Below are positions 18,792-29,224 of a stretch of 64,000 nucleotides of DNA, one piece after another (positions within the stretch are counted from its first letter, which is position 1; the number at the start of each line of letters is the position of its first letter). The stretch comes from an uncultured Gemmatimonadales bacterium (GTDB lineage Bacteria > Gemmatimonadota > Gemmatimonadetes > Longimicrobiales > Longimicrobiaceae), in NCBI GenBank assembly GCA_963716255.1, contig OY970303.1, positions 7,776,001 to 7,840,000 on the forward strand, written 5' to 3'. The notes beneath the pieces are model-generated. The model saw nothing but the letters and a program-made list of their open reading frames with translations, did no database searches and was not told where the DNA came from. A program made the translations under genes and the position numbers.

Positions 18792-20081
18792 CTAAGGAAC
18801 CCGGACGGAAAGCCCGAAGCTGCCAACGTACCCGTTGCGGGAAGCGTCGTCGCTCGCGGAGCCGGTCGTGAGGCGCGCGATGCCCAGGTCGATCGGGCCG
18901 AGCGTGACGCCGCCGCCCAGGATGCTCCCCTCCTCCAGGTCGGACGACCAGCCCACGCGCACCGTGCCCACCGGGAGCTTCTGCTGCAGACCCACGCCGG
19001 CGAGCGTGCTCCAGCGGCCGGCGAGGCGGCCCTCCGACAGGTCGTCGTGGTACGCGCCGGTCAGCGTGGTGCCGGTGGGGAGCGTCCAGGCGGCGCCCAG
19101 GCGCAGCGTGGTGGGGAGCTCCGCGTCGTCCAGCAGGCCCTGCGCCACCTCGGCGAAGCGGCCCGTGGGGACCGCGCCCAGCTCGGCCTCGCTCTGCTCG
19201 TAGCGATTGCGGACGACCTGGAAGTCGGAGTCGCGAAAGTCGGCGCGGGTCAGCGTCACGCTGCGGCCGTCCAGCTCCTCGCTCCACTCCATGGAGTGCA
19301 CCGCGTTGGCGACGGCGGCGCTCAGCACCAGCCCGGACACCGGCTGGAGCGCGGCGCCCACGTCCAGGCCCCACCCCTTGCCGCCGTGCGAGTTGACGCC
19401 CACGTAGTCCACGCGGATGTCGCGCGTGGCCAGGTCGTAGGTGGGCTCGAAGGCGCGCGTCTGCACCAGGCCGCGGCCCACGTAGTAGTGGCCGGTGACG
19501 CCCACGCTCAGCGGGCCCGCCCCGCGGCCGTACGCGGCGGCGAAGTCCCAGTAGGTGGCGCGGCTGCCGCGGGTGTCGCCCACGCTGTAGTCGGTGCGGC
19601 CCTGCTGGTAGCCGTTCAGGAACAGGTCCACCACGTCCCTGCCCACCGTGTGCGACCCCAGGAAGCCGTAGGCCACGCCCAGCGCGAAGCCGCCGTACTG
19701 GTAGGTGACCAGCGGGGCGCGCACGTCGCCCTCCAGCGCCGTCCCCCCGGCGGGGATGTCGGCCAGCAGCGAGCTGCGCTGCTCGTCGCTCAGGTCGTCG
19801 TAGTTGAAGTAGTCGCGCAGGTCCATCAGCTGGGGGCCCAGCACCGTGGCCCCGGCGGTCACCTGCGGAAAGCCCAGCGACCAGCGCGGGCTCCCGGCGA
19901 GCCCCAGGATGGCCGGGTTGGCGAACACCGCTTCGTGGCCGCGCGCGGCACCCACGTAGGCGCCCGCGACGCCCAGCGCGCGCGGGTTCAGGGGGATCTG
20001 CGCGGCCGCGGGGGAGGCGAGCGCGGCGGCGGCAAGCGATGCGCCGAGGACCCCGGCGCCGGTCCGGTTGAGCACGTTCAT
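18792..20081 (-). CDS. Putative outer-membrane beta-barrel protein (FadL/TraF/DUF5723-like)
   Basis: Signal peptide, RALGVAGAY..ARG..A.FANPA.L plug motif, GWGLDVGA, alternating beta-strand pattern at the C-terminus. Confidence 0.7.
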   Translation of the reverse strand: MNVLNRTGAGVLGASLAAAALASPAAAQIPLNPRALGVAGAYVGAARGHEAVFANPAILGLAGSPRWSLGFPQVTAGATVLGPQLMDLRDYFNYDDLSDEQRSSLLADIPAGGTALEGDVRAPLVTYQYGGFALGVAYGFLGSHTVGRDVVDLFLNGYQQGRTDYSVGDTRGSRATYWDFAAAYGRGAGPLSVGVTGHYYVGRGLVQTRAFEPTYDLATRDIRVDYVGVNSHGGKGWGLDVGAALQPVSGLVLSAAVANAVHSMEWSEELDGRSVTLTRADFRDSDFQVVRNRYEQSEAELGAVPTGRFAEVAQGLLDDAELPTTLRLGAAWTLPTGTTLTGAYHDDLSEGRLAGRWSTLAGVGLQQKLPVGTVRVGWSSDLEEGSILGGGVTLGPIDLGIARLTTGSASDDASRNGYVGSFGLSVRVP

Positions 20082-20540
20082 GGTACGTCCGTACATCTGG
20101 GGGTGGAGGGCGGCGGGCGCCGCGCGGTGCGGGTGAGCTCTACTACACGTCTGCCACACATCTGTTTCCGGCTCGTGCGGCCGGGCACTTCAGCCGACAG
20201 CCCCTCCTGGAAGCAGGGCCGGGAGGGGCTGCGGCGGCGGAGGGGTGCGTTTCGGCGGGCGGAGGACCAGCGGGACCGGTGCGAGCGGCTTCGTAAAGGG
20301 CAACGGCGGTGCCAGGGTGCAACGAAATGGACCCGGAGCGGCGGGATCCACGGCGGCGCCTGGAAAATCACGTTACAGGCGGGGCTGGCCCGTGGGCGGG
20401 CGGGGGCGCGCGGGCGGCGGCAAATCGCCGCGTTCCTTGCAACGTGCGGCACGCCGGGGCTTCCTGAGTGTACCTGGGGCGGATAAATTCATCGCGGCCC
20501 GGCCCCCGGGGAGCAGTCTCCACTTTCGCGGAACCTCGCT

Positions 20541-22340
20541 TTGCGCATCGAGCACATTCGGAACTTCTGCATCGTCGCCCACATCGACCACGGCAAGTCC
20601 ACGCTGGCCGACCGGCTGATCGAGGCGACCGGGACCCTCCAGCTCCGGGAGATGAAGGAGCAGGTCCTGGACTCCATGGACATCGAGCGCGAGCGGGGGA
20701 TCACCATCAAGCTGAACGCCGTGCGCATGACGTACGGCGCGCGCGACGGCCGCAGCTACCAGCTCAACCTGATCGACACGCCGGGGCACGTGGACTTCAC
20801 CTACGAGGTGTCGCGCTCGCTCGCCGCGTGCGAGGGCGCCATCCTGGTGGTGGACGCGTCGCAGGGCGTGCAGGCGCAGACGCTCTCCAACCTGTTCCTG
20901 GCCATGGAGGCGGGGCTGGAGATCGTCCCCGTGCTCAACAAGATCGACCTGCCCGGCGCGGAGCCGGAGCGGCGCCGCGAGGAGCTGGTGGACCTGCTGG
21001 GGGTGGACCCGGACGAAGTGCTCCTGGCCTCGGCCAAGGCGGGAATCGGGATCGAGGACATCCTGGAGGCGGTGGTGGCCCGCGTCCCGCCGCCGCAGGG
21101 CGACCCGGAGGCCCCGCCGCGCGCGCTGATCTTCGACTCGTACTACGACAAGTACGTGGGCGCGGTCCCCAGCATCCGCGTGGTGGACGGGGTGTTCCGG
21201 CAGGGGACGCGCATCGCCTTCGGGGCCAACGACGCGGTGTACCCCATCGACGAGGTGGGCTACCTGCAGCTGGGCCGCTTCCCCACGCCGGAGCTGCGGC
21301 CGGGCGAGGTGGGGTACATGATCGCCGGGATCAAGCAGGTGTCGCACACCCGCTCCGGCGACACCATCCTGGACGCGGACAACCCGGCGGACGAGCTGAT
21401 CCCGGGCTTCCAGGAGGTGAAGCCCATGGTGTTCGCGGGGATCTACACCACCGCCACCGAGCAGTACGAGGAGCTGCGCGACGCGCTCTCCAAGCTCAAG
21501 CTCAACGACGCCTCGCTCACCTACGAGCCGGAGTCGTCCACGGCGCTGGGCTTCGGCTTCCGCTGCGGCTTCCTGGGGCTGCTGCACCTGGAGATCATCC
21601 AGGAGCGGCTGGAGCGCGAGTTCGACCTGGACCTGATCACCACCGTCCCCAACGTGAAGTACCGGGTGATCATGACCGCGGGCGACGAGCTGTGGGTGGA
21701 GAGCCCCAGCGCGCTCCCGGACCCCACCCGCATCGACCGCATCGAGGAGCCGTACGTCCGCGCGCGCATCATGTGCCCGGCGGAGTACATCGGCGGGGTC
21801 CAGAAGCTGTGCCACGAGCGCCGCGGCGACTTCCGGGGGATGAGCTACCCGGACCCGCAGCGGGTGGAGCTCAGCTACGACCTGCCGCTGGCGGAGATCG
21901 TGCTGGACTTCTACGACCGCCTCAAGTCGTCCACGCGCGGCTACGCGTCGCTGGACTACGACCTGGGCGAGTACCGCGCCAACCCGCTGGTCAAGCTGGA
22001 CATGCTGATCAACGGCGACCCGGTGGACGCGTTCAGCGTCATCATCCACCGCGACAAGGCGTTCGAGTACGGGCGCACCATCGCGGAAAAGCTGCGGCAG
22101 CTGATCCCCCGGCAGATGTTCGAGGTGGCGATCCAGGCGGCCATCGGCAACAAGATCATCGCCCGCGAAAGCATTTCGGCGCTGCGCAAAAACGTGACGG
22201 CCAAGTGCTACGGCGGCGACATCTCCCGCAAGCGCAAGCTCCTGGAGAAGCAGAAGGAGGGGAAGAAGCGGATGAAGCAGGTGGGCACCGTGGAGATCCC
22301 CCAGGAGGCGTTCCTGGCGGTCCTGAAGGTGGGCGAGTAA
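20541..22340 (+). CDS. lepA: Elongation factor 4 (LepA)
   Basis: [52 protein letters not shown] start. Confidence 0.98.
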   Translation: MRIEHIRNFCIVAHIDHGKSTLADRLIEATGTLQLREMKEQVLDSMDIERERGITIKLNAVRMTYGARDGRSYQLNLIDTPGHVDFTYEVSRSLAACEGAILVVDASQGVQAQTLSNLFLAMEAGLEIVPVLNKIDLPGAEPERRREELVDLLGVDPDEVLLASAKAGIGIEDILEAVVARVPPPQGDPEAPPRALIFDSYYDKYVGAVPSIRVVDGVFRQGTRIAFGANDAVYPIDEVGYLQLGRFPTPELRPGEVGYMIAGIKQVSHTRSGDTILDADNPADELIPGFQEVKPMVFAGIYTTATEQYEELRDALSKLKLNDASLTYEPESSTALGFGFRCGFLGLLHLEIIQERLEREFDLDLITTVPNVKYRVIMTAGDELWVESPSALPDPTRIDRIEEPYVRARIMCPAEYIGGVQKLCHERRGDFRGMSYPDPQRVELSYDLPLAEIVLDFYDRLKSSTRGYASLDYDLGEYRANPLVKLDMLINGDPVDAFSVIIHRDKAFEYGRTIAEKLRQLIPRQMFEVAIQAAIGNKIIARESISALRKNVTAKCYGGDISRKRKLLEKQKEGKKRMKQVGTVEIPQEAFLAVLKVGE

Positions 22341-22361
22341 CGTCTTCTTTCGGCGGGCTCC

Positions 22362-22487
22362 GGGCGAATCCCGGCTGCGCCGGGACCGCGCTCTATTCCG
22401 CTGGACATGAAACGACCATGTCCAGCGGAACGGAGCCTCGCCAAACAGCCGGCGAGTCTCCGCCCTCCGGGTCACGATCGCTTTCGC
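22362..22487 (+). repeat. Divergent family A-type structured element, copy A7
   Basis: Same helix order as family A with compensated closing stems; loops aaacgac and aaacagcc. Confidence 0.8.
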
Positions 22488-22509
22488 AACTGCTGAACTG
22501 CGCTGCCAG

Positions 22510-23355
22510 ATGTCCGCTCCGTCCGCTTCCGTCGTGGTCACCACGTACAACCAGCCGCGGCAGCTGGAGCTGGTGCTGTGGGGGTACGCGGTGCAGACGC
22601 GGCGGGACTTCCAGGTGGTGGTGGCGGACGACGGCTCCGGCGCGGAGACGCGGGAAGCGGTGGAGCGGGTGCGGGCTGATTCCGGGCTGGACGTGCTGCA
22701 CGTGTGGCACGAGGACCGGGGGTTCAGGAAGACGGAGATTCTGAACCGGGCGATCCTGGCGGCGGCGGCGGACTACCTGGTGTTCACGGACGGGGACTGC
22801 ATCCCGCGGCGCGACTTCGTGGACGCGCACCTGAGGCTGCGCGAGCCGGGGCGCTTCCTTTCGGGCGGGTACCTCAAGCTGCCGCGGGGGGTCAGCGCGC
22901 GCATCGGGGTGGAGGACGTGCGCGAGGGGCGCGCGGCGGACCCGGGGTGGCTGCGGCGGCAGGGGTGGCGGCCGGGCCGGCACGCGCTGCGGCTGCTCGC
23001 CCCCGGGGCGCTGCCGCGGCTGCTGGACGCGGCGACGCCCACGCGCCCCACCTGGAACGGCCACAACGCCTCCACCTGGAAGGAGGCGCTGCTGCGCGTG
23101 AACGGCTTCGACCTGGACATGGGCTACGGCGGGCTGGACCGGGCGGTGGGGGAGATGCTGGAGAACGCGGGGGTGCGCGGCAAGCAGGTGAGGTTCCGCG
23201 CGGCGTGCCTGCACCTGTGGCACGAGCGGCCGTACGAGGATCCGGAGAAGTGGCGCCGCAACCACGCGCTGCGCGCCCGCATCCGGCGGGAGGGAATCGC
23301 TCGTACCGAGCGGGGGATCGCGGAGGTGGCGGCGGGGCTGGAGGGGGACTCTTGA
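22510..23355 (+). CDS. Glycosyltransferase family 2
   Basis: SVVVTTYN, VVVADDGS, WHEDRGFRK, FTDGDC, VNGFD. Confidence 0.92.
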   Translation: MSAPSASVVVTTYNQPRQLELVLWGYAVQTRRDFQVVVADDGSGAETREAVERVRADSGLDVLHVWHEDRGFRKTEILNRAILAAAADYLVFTDGDCIPRRDFVDAHLRLREPGRFLSGGYLKLPRGVSARIGVEDVREGRAADPGWLRRQGWRPGRHALRLLAPGALPRLLDAATPTRPTWNGHNASTWKEALLRVNGFDLDMGYGGLDRAVGEMLENAGVRGKQVRFRAACLHLWHERPYEDPEKWRRNHALRARIRREGIARTERGIAEVAAGLEGDS

Positions 23356-23366
23356 GCGGGGGAGCT

Positions 23367-24356
23367 ATGGACAAGCGCTGGATCGTCGGCGTGGACCTGG
23401 GCGGCACCAACATCGTGGTTGGGCTGCTGCCCATCGAGGGCGGGGAGGTGCTGGGGCTGCGCTCCATGCCCACGGATTCCGGGCGCGGGGCCAAGTTCGT
23501 GGTGGACCGCATCAACGGGATGGTGGAGCAGGCCATCGCCGAGGTGCTGGCCTCGGAGGAGGGCACGCGCGACCAGATCGCGGGGGTGGGGATCGGCTCG
23601 CCGGGCCCCCTGGACCGCCGCACGGGCACGGTCATCAACACGCCCAACCTGGGGTGGCGCAACTTCCCGCTCCGCGACCTGATCTCCAACGCCGTCCACC
23701 TCCCGGCGACGCTGGACAACGACGCCAACTGCGCCACCTACGGCGAGTGGTGGCTGGGCGCCGGGCGCGGCACGCGGGCGCTGGTGGGGCTGACGCTGGG
23801 GACGGGGATCGGCGGGGGGATCGTGCTGGGCGGCGAGATCTTCCACGGCTGCTCGGACGTGGCGGGGGAGATCGGCCACATGACCATCGACTCCAACGGA
23901 CGGCGCTGCAAGTGCGGCAACTACGGGTGCCTGGAGCAGTACGCCTCCGGCCCGGCCATCGCGCTGCGCGCCGTGGAGGGGATCGAGGCGGGCGCCGAGT
24001 CGGTGCTGGAGGAGATGGTGAACGGCCGGCTGGAGGACGTCACCGCGGCCACCGTGTACGAGGCCACGGTGCAGGGCGACGCGTACGCCACCGAGGTGAT
24101 GAAGGACACGGCCAAGTTCCTGGGGGCCGGCGTGGCGAGCATCATCAACATCCTCAACCCGGAGATGGTGGTGATCGCCGGCGGCGTCACCCGCGCCGGG
24201 GACACGCTCTTCGAGCCGCTGCGCGCGGAGGTGCGGCGCCGCGCCTTCAAGTCGGCCCAGGAGTGCTGCCGCATCGTGTCGGCGGAGCTGCCGGGGACGG
24301 CGGGGGTGGTGGGCGCCGCGGCGGTGTTCAAGCGGGAAACGTACGGGCACGTGTGA
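23367..24356 (+). CDS. ROK family sugar kinase (glucokinase-like)
   Basis: GVDLGGTN, GIGSPG, NDANCA, LGTGIGGG, GEIGH, CKCGNYGCLE. Confidence 0.93.
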   Translation: MDKRWIVGVDLGGTNIVVGLLPIEGGEVLGLRSMPTDSGRGAKFVVDRINGMVEQAIAEVLASEEGTRDQIAGVGIGSPGPLDRRTGTVINTPNLGWRNFPLRDLISNAVHLPATLDNDANCATYGEWWLGAGRGTRALVGLTLGTGIGGGIVLGGEIFHGCSDVAGEIGHMTIDSNGRRCKCGNYGCLEQYASGPAIALRAVEGIEAGAESVLEEMVNGRLEDVTAATVYEATVQGDAYATEVMKDTAKFLGAGVASIINILNPEMVVIAGGVTRAGDTLFEPLRAEVRRRAFKSAQECCRIVSAELPGTAGVVGAAAVFKRETYGHV

Positions 24357-24363
24357 CCCGGCG

Positions 24364-24403
24364 AGTGCGAAAGTGCGTGAGTGCCGAAAAGTGCGAGAGT
24401 GTA
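24364..24403 (+). repeat. Short tandem repeat (AGTGCGAA-like octamer, about 5 copies)
   Basis: agtgcgaa agtgcgtg agtgccgaaa agtgcgag agtgt; a reverse-complement array lies at 26888-26909. Confidence 0.7.
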
Positions 24404-24467
24404 AGACGGAACGGCGCCCCACGGGCGCCGTTCGCGCTGGTGGGTCCACCGCTGACGGGAGGAGTCG

Positions 24468-25427
24468 ATGAAGCGGCTCGGGGTGCTGGGCACCTTGGTG
24501 TGGGACCGCATCTGGACGCTGGAGGACGCGGAGCGCGGGGAGCCGTTTTCGTCGTGGGGCGGGGTGGCGTACTCGCTGGCGTCCGCGGCGGCGGCGCGGC
24601 CGGAGGGGTGGGAGGTGGTGCCGGTGGTGAAGGTGGGGCGCGACCTGGAGGCGGAGGCGCGGGAGCTGCTGGCGGCGCTCCCCGGGGTGGAGGCGGGCGC
24701 GGCGCTGGTGGTGGTGCCGGAGGACAACAACCGGGTGGAGCTGCGCTACACGGACGGCGCGCACCGGGGAGAGCGGCTCACGGGCGGCGTCCCCGGGTGG
24801 ACGTGGCGGGAGCTGGAGCCGCACGTGGCGGGGCTGGACGCGCTGTACGTCAACTTCATCACGGGCTTCGAGATGGAGCTGGCGGACGCGGAGGCGCTGC
24901 GGCGCGCCTTCGCCGGGCCGCTGTACTCGGACCTGCACTCGCTCTTCCTGGGCTGCCCGGGCGCGGGAACGCGCGTGCTGCGCACGCTCCCCGACTGGGA
25001 GCGCTGGGCGGCGTGCTTCGACGGGGTACAGCTCAACGAGCGCGAGCTGGGGACGCTGGACGGGGCGGGGGACTGGACGGAGGCCGCGGCGCGGGTGCTG
25101 GACGCGGGGCCCGCCCTGGCCGTGGTGACGCTGGGCGCGGAGGGGGCGGCGTACGCGCGCCGGGGCGGGCACCCTTCCTCTCCGGAGGCTTGGGCGGGGC
25201 TGCGCGGCGCTCCCCGCGGCGCGGCCGTGGAGGTGGGGACCGTGCCCCCGGCGGCGTCCGTGGACGGCGATCCGACCGGGGCCGGGGACGTGTGGGGGCT
25301 GGCCTTCTTCTGCGGGCTGCTGGGCGGGCTGGAGCTGGAGGCGGCGATGCGGCGGGCGCACGAGGTCGCGGCGCGGAAGCTCGGGTTCCGCGGGGCGTCG
25401 GGGCTGTACGCGCACCTCGCCGGCTGA
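24468..25427 (+). CDS. PfkB/ribokinase family carbohydrate kinase
   Basis: GTLVWD, WGG.AY, QLNERE, VTLGAEG, DPTGAGD. Confidence 0.85.
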   Translation: MKRLGVLGTLVWDRIWTLEDAERGEPFSSWGGVAYSLASAAAARPEGWEVVPVVKVGRDLEAEARELLAALPGVEAGAALVVVPEDNNRVELRYTDGAHRGERLTGGVPGWTWRELEPHVAGLDALYVNFITGFEMELADAEALRRAFAGPLYSDLHSLFLGCPGAGTRVLRTLPDWERWAACFDGVQLNERELGTLDGAGDWTEAAARVLDAGPALAVVTLGAEGAAYARRGGHPSSPEAWAGLRGAPRGAAVEVGTVPPAASVDGDPTGAGDVWGLAFFCGLLGGLELEAAMRRAHEVAARKLGFRGASGLYAHLAG

Positions 25428-25455
25428 CGCGTCGCCCGGGCTTTGACGGCTACGG

Positions 25456-25500
25456 CGGCGCGCTCCGGTGGGCTCCGGGTATGGGGTCGGCCGGGGGAGG
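25456..25500 (-). repeat. Accessory repeat module F
   Basis: ctccgggtatggggtcggccgggg also occurs at 31847-31870, and a related copy follows A1 (about 1460-1497). Confidence 0.7.
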
Positions 25501-25708
25501 CTGCTCCGTCGGTGCGAACTCGCCCACCGGTGGAGTGAGGGCGAGATCACGTGGCTCGGACATACGCTCTCCTGCGCAGCCTCCCCCGACCTCCCGGTGA
25601 GATCGCAGACGGCAACGGCCGGCGGGTGTAGGCCGCCTTCGAACTAACGTGAAAACATCGCGCCCAAATTGCAGTTCGGGTTTTGTTTATCGGACGCCAG
25701 CTCGAAAC

Positions 25709-25841
25709 CGCGTGAGGGATTTCGGCCCGAAGGGGCGAGACCCCGCGGGGCAGTTTCCGCGGGGGCTCGACTCCGTTGAGCAGCGTTGTTTGCTGCTCTA
25801 CGGAGCCGAAGCCCGACCCCGGCGCAGCCGGGGGCACGCCC
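25709..25841 (-). repeat. Structured repeat family A, copy A2
   Basis: Reverse complement of the A1 consensus. Confidence 0.95.
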
Positions 25842-25930
25842 GAACCCGCGGTTCAAATCAGTCGCCCTTCCGACGCCCCCGGCCGCGTGTTACTTTCCCG
25901 CGTCCCATCCACCCCCGACCGTACGGCCGC

Positions 25931-26815
25931 ATGACGCGAGTGCTGGAGGTCCCCCAGAGGCTGGACCAGGACGCCTTCGACGTGCTGGTGGCCGCGGCCG
26001 CCGAGGCCGGCGACGAGCGCGTGCTGGTGGACGCGCGCCACGTGCGCTGGGCGGACCCGTACGGGATGATCGGGCTGCTGGCGCTGGGCGAGACGCTGCG
26101 CCGGGGCGACGTGCGCCCCCTGCTTGAGCTGCCGCAGACGCCGGAGGTGGCCAGCTACCTGGCGCGCATGGGCTTCGTGCGGCAGGCGGGGGCGATCTTC
26201 GAGATGGCGCAGCCGGCGAAGCAGCGCGCGGTCAAGGAGAGCAGCGTGCTGCTGGAGATCACCCGGGTGCAGTCGCACGAGGACGTGCACGGGGTGATCG
26301 ACGTGCTCAACGAGGGCCGCATCAGCGCCCTGCTGGGGGAGCAGCTGGGGTACTCGCGGGCGGACTCCATCGGCTTCAGCATGCTGCTCTCGGAGGTGTC
26401 GCAGAACATCATCGAGCACGCGGACGCGCCGGGGTGGGTGGGGATCCAGATCTACAACTGGGCCAAGCGGCTGGGCCGCAAGGTGGCGGTGATCGCGGTG
26501 ATGGACCTGGGGGTGGGCTTCAAGGGCTCGCTCGCCAAGGAGCACGCGGCGCGCTTCGGCGACCGCTGGGGCGACGCCACGGCGCTGGAGGCGGCGTTCA
26601 TCCACGGGATCACGCGCTTCCGCGACCCCGGCCGCGGCCAGGGCCTCAAGCAGATCCGCAAGAAGGTGGGGCGCTGGGGCGGCAAGATCGCCATCCGCAG
26701 CGGCACCGCCCGCATCGCCGACGTCCCGGACTGGGACGACGCCGACCCGATGACCAAGGACCTGGCCTTCTTCCCCGGCGCGCAGATCCTGATCGTGCTG
26801 CCGGCAAAGGAATAG
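25931..26815 (+). CDS. STAS-like domain plus GHKL (HATPase) kinase/ATPase
   Basis: N-terminal [15 protein letters not shown] (STAS-like). N box [12 protein letters not shown]1 DLGVGF, G2 GRGQGL; no H-box recognised. Confidence 0.8.
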   Translation: MTRVLEVPQRLDQDAFDVLVAAAAEAGDERVLVDARHVRWADPYGMIGLLALGETLRRGDVRPLLELPQTPEVASYLARMGFVRQAGAIFEMAQPAKQRAVKESSVLLEITRVQSHEDVHGVIDVLNEGRISALLGEQLGYSRADSIGFSMLLSEVSQNIIEHADAPGWVGIQIYNWAKRLGRKVAVIAVMDLGVGFKGSLAKEHAARFGDRWGDATALEAAFIHGITRFRDPGRGQGLKQIRKKVGRWGGKIAIRSGTARIADVPDWDDADPMTKDLAFFPGAQILIVLPAKE

Positions 26816-26928
26816 GGAACAGGGAACAGCCTGCAACTGCCGTTGTCTTTGAAGGCTGTAACGTGTCCCCTTTAGCCTGCAGTTCTTGCACTTTCGCACT
26901 TTCGCACTTCTCACCCGGGAGCATGCCG

Positions 26929-27402
26929 ATGAAGACCGTCACCTTCCAGACCAACAAGGGCACTTTCTCCGCCGAGCTGTACGACAAGGAGGCGCCGGGA
27001 ACGGCGGCCAACTTCGAGAAGCTGGTGAGCTCGGGCTTCTACGACGGGATCATCTTCCACCGCGTCATCCCCGAGTTCGTGGTGCAGGGCGGCGACCCCA
27101 TCACCAAGGACAAGGGGCTCAACCACCCGTCGGTGGGCTCGGGCGGGCCGGGGTACAAGATCAAGTGCGAGACGCAGGGGAACCCGCGCACGCACAAGGT
27201 GGGCGCGCTCTCCATGGCGCACGCGGGCAAGGACACGGGCGGAAGCCAGTTCTTCATCGTGCTCAGCGAGGCCAACACCCGGCACCTGAACGGGGTGCAC
27301 ACGGTGTTCGGGCAGGTGACGGAGGGGCTGGACGTGATCACGCAGCTGGAGCGCGGCGACGTGATGGAGAAGGTGACCGTCTCGGACTCCGCCGCGGCCT
27401 GA
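26929..27402 (+). CDS. Cyclophilin-type peptidyl-prolyl isomerase
   Basis: [49 protein letters not shown]. Confidence 0.95.
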   Translation: MKTVTFQTNKGTFSAELYDKEAPGTAANFEKLVSSGFYDGIIFHRVIPEFVVQGGDPITKDKGLNHPSVGSGGPGYKIKCETQGNPRTHKVGALSMAHAGKDTGGSQFFIVLSEANTRHLNGVHTVFGQVTEGLDVITQLERGDVMEKVTVSDSAAA

Positions 27403-27405
27403 AGC

Positions 27406-27999
27406 GTGCTCCCCGAGCGCAGGGTATCGCCGCTCGCCATCGACCTGACGCTCCTCCACCGGCGCTCCATCACCTCGCTCTTCAGCAACCTGGTGACCCG
27501 CCCCACGGGGCGGGCCGTCCGGACAGGGGTGGAGAGCCAGATCGCGGAGATGGACGGGGAGCACTCCGTGTGCCTGTCGGTGCTGGACTTCTCGCAGGTG
27601 CGGGTGCTGGACTATTCCTGCGCGGACGAGATCGTGGCGAAGCTGCTCCTGCGCTACCTGGGCCCGGACCGCCCGGCCGAGGCCTTCTTCCTGTTCCGCG
27701 GCCTGCACGAGCACCACCGCGAGCCGGTGGAGGAGGTGCTGGAGCACCACGACATCCTCGCCGTGGCCGAGTTCGAGGAGGCGGGCTTCCAGCTCCTCGG
27801 CAAGGCCCACCCGGTGCAGCGCGGCTGCTGGGAGGCGACGCTCCGCGCCGGCCGCGCCTCGGCGGCGGAGGTGGCGGCGGCGGCGGGGATGGTGGCGGAC
27901 GCGGCCGCGGCGGTGCTCGGGGGGCTGGCGGCGCGCCGGGTGGTGATCGCCTACCGGGACGGGACCTTCTGCTCGCTGCCGCACTTTCTCCAGGAGTGA
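27406..27999 (+). CDS. STAS-like (DUF4325-type) domain plus putative winged-helix domain protein
   Basis: LVTRPTGRAVR, VLDFSQVRVLDYSCADEIV; C-terminal SAAEVAAAAGM..L..L.ARRVV. Confidence 0.7.
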   Translation: MLPERRVSPLAIDLTLLHRRSITSLFSNLVTRPTGRAVRTGVESQIAEMDGEHSVCLSVLDFSQVRVLDYSCADEIVAKLLLRYLGPDRPAEAFFLFRGLHEHHREPVEEVLEHHDILAVAEFEEAGFQLLGKAHPVQRGCWEATLRAGRASAAEVAAAAGMVADAAAAVLGGLAARRVVIAYRDGTFCSLPHFLQE

Positions 28000-28000
28000 G

Positions 28001-29170
28001 ATGACGCCAGAGCTGCGCTCGGCCGGCCTGTCCACGCGCGCCGTGCACGCCGGCGACCCCGCCCGCGCGACGGACGCGCCGGTGAACACGCCCATCGTCC
28101 AGAGCTCCACCTTCTACGCGGACCCGGACGGGGCGGGGGAGCTGCTGTACTCGCGCTACGGCAACGGCCCCAACAACGTGGCGGTGGAGGAGCGCATCGC
28201 GGCGCTGGAGGGCGCGGAGGACTGCGTCGCCGTGGGGAGCGGGATGGCGGCCATGGCGTGCGCGCTGCTGGCGTGCGTGCGCGCGGGCGACCACGTGCTT
28301 GCTGCGGAGGCGCTGTACGGCGGGACGCGGACGCTGCTGGCGCGCGAGCTGTCGCGCCTGGGGGTGGAGTCCACCTTCGTGGACTTCTTCGCGGAGGACT
28401 GGCGCGGCGCGCTCCGCCCAAACACCCGTGTCCTGCTCGCGGAAACGGTCTCCAACCCGCTGCTGCGGGTGCCGGATCTGCGTCCGCTGGCGGCGGCGGC
28501 GCACGAGGCGGGGGCGGTGCTGGTGGTGGACTCCACCTTCGCGACGCCGGTGAACGCGCGCCCGCTGGAGAGCGGCGCGGACCTGGTGGTGCACAGCGCC
28601 ACCAAGTACCTGGGCGGCCACAGCGACCTCACGGCGGGCGCGGTGCTGGGCGGCGCGGAGCTCGTGGGCGAGGTGCGCAGGCGGGCGCAGGTGTGGGGCC
28701 CGGCGCTGGACCCGCACGCGGCGTGGCTGCTGGAGCGGGGGATCAAGACGCTGCCGCTGCGCATGGAGCGCCACAACCGCAACGGGCTGGAGGTGGCGCG
28801 CCGGGTGGAGGGGCTGGCGGGGGTGGCGCGGGTGCACTACCCGGGGCTCCCCTCGCACCCGGACCACGAGGTCGCGCGGCGGGTGCTGTGGGGCTTCGGG
28901 GGGATGGTGGGGATCGAGGTGGAGGGCGGGGGCGAGGCGGCGGGCCGGTTCGTGCGGGCGCTGCGCCTGGCCAAGCCGGCGCCCAGCCTGGGCGGGGTGG
29001 AGACGCTGGTCTCGGAGCCGCGCTTCACCTCGCACGCGGCGTTCACGCCGGCGGAAAGGGCATCGCTGGGGATCCGCGACGGCTTCTTCCGCTTCTCGCT
29101 GGGGATAGAGGACGCGGACGACCTCGTGGCGGACGTCGAGCAGGCGCTGGAGGCGATGCGCGGCGCGTGA
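28001..29170 (+). CDS. PLP-dependent trans-sulfuration enzyme (cystathionine gamma-synthase/lyase or methionine gamma-lyase)
   Basis: PIVQSSTF, YSRYGN, SGMAA, YGGT, HSATKYLGGHSD, SLGGVETL, SLGIED. Confidence 0.93.
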   Translation: MTPELRSAGLSTRAVHAGDPARATDAPVNTPIVQSSTFYADPDGAGELLYSRYGNGPNNVAVEERIAALEGAEDCVAVGSGMAAMACALLACVRAGDHVLAAEALYGGTRTLLARELSRLGVESTFVDFFAEDWRGALRPNTRVLLAETVSNPLLRVPDLRPLAAAAHEAGAVLVVDSTFATPVNARPLESGADLVVHSATKYLGGHSDLTAGAVLGGAELVGEVRRRAQVWGPALDPHAAWLLERGIKTLPLRMERHNRNGLEVARRVEGLAGVARVHYPGLPSHPDHEVARRVLWGFGGMVGIEVEGGGEAAGRFVRALRLAKPAPSLGGVETLVSEPRFTSHAAFTPAERASLGIRDGFFRFSLGIEDADDLVADVEQALEAMRGA

Positions 29171-29224
29171 CGCGCGGGGCGGGCGAGGCGCGATGGCTGC
29201 GAAACGGCGACCCGGAGAGGGCGT

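Noticed and set aside
20082..20540. ncRNA or riboswitch in the long spacer before lepA (also 14886-15268 and 41296-41634)
   Set aside because: No recognisable conserved motif or convincing structure by eye. An Rfam scan would be needed to exclude one.
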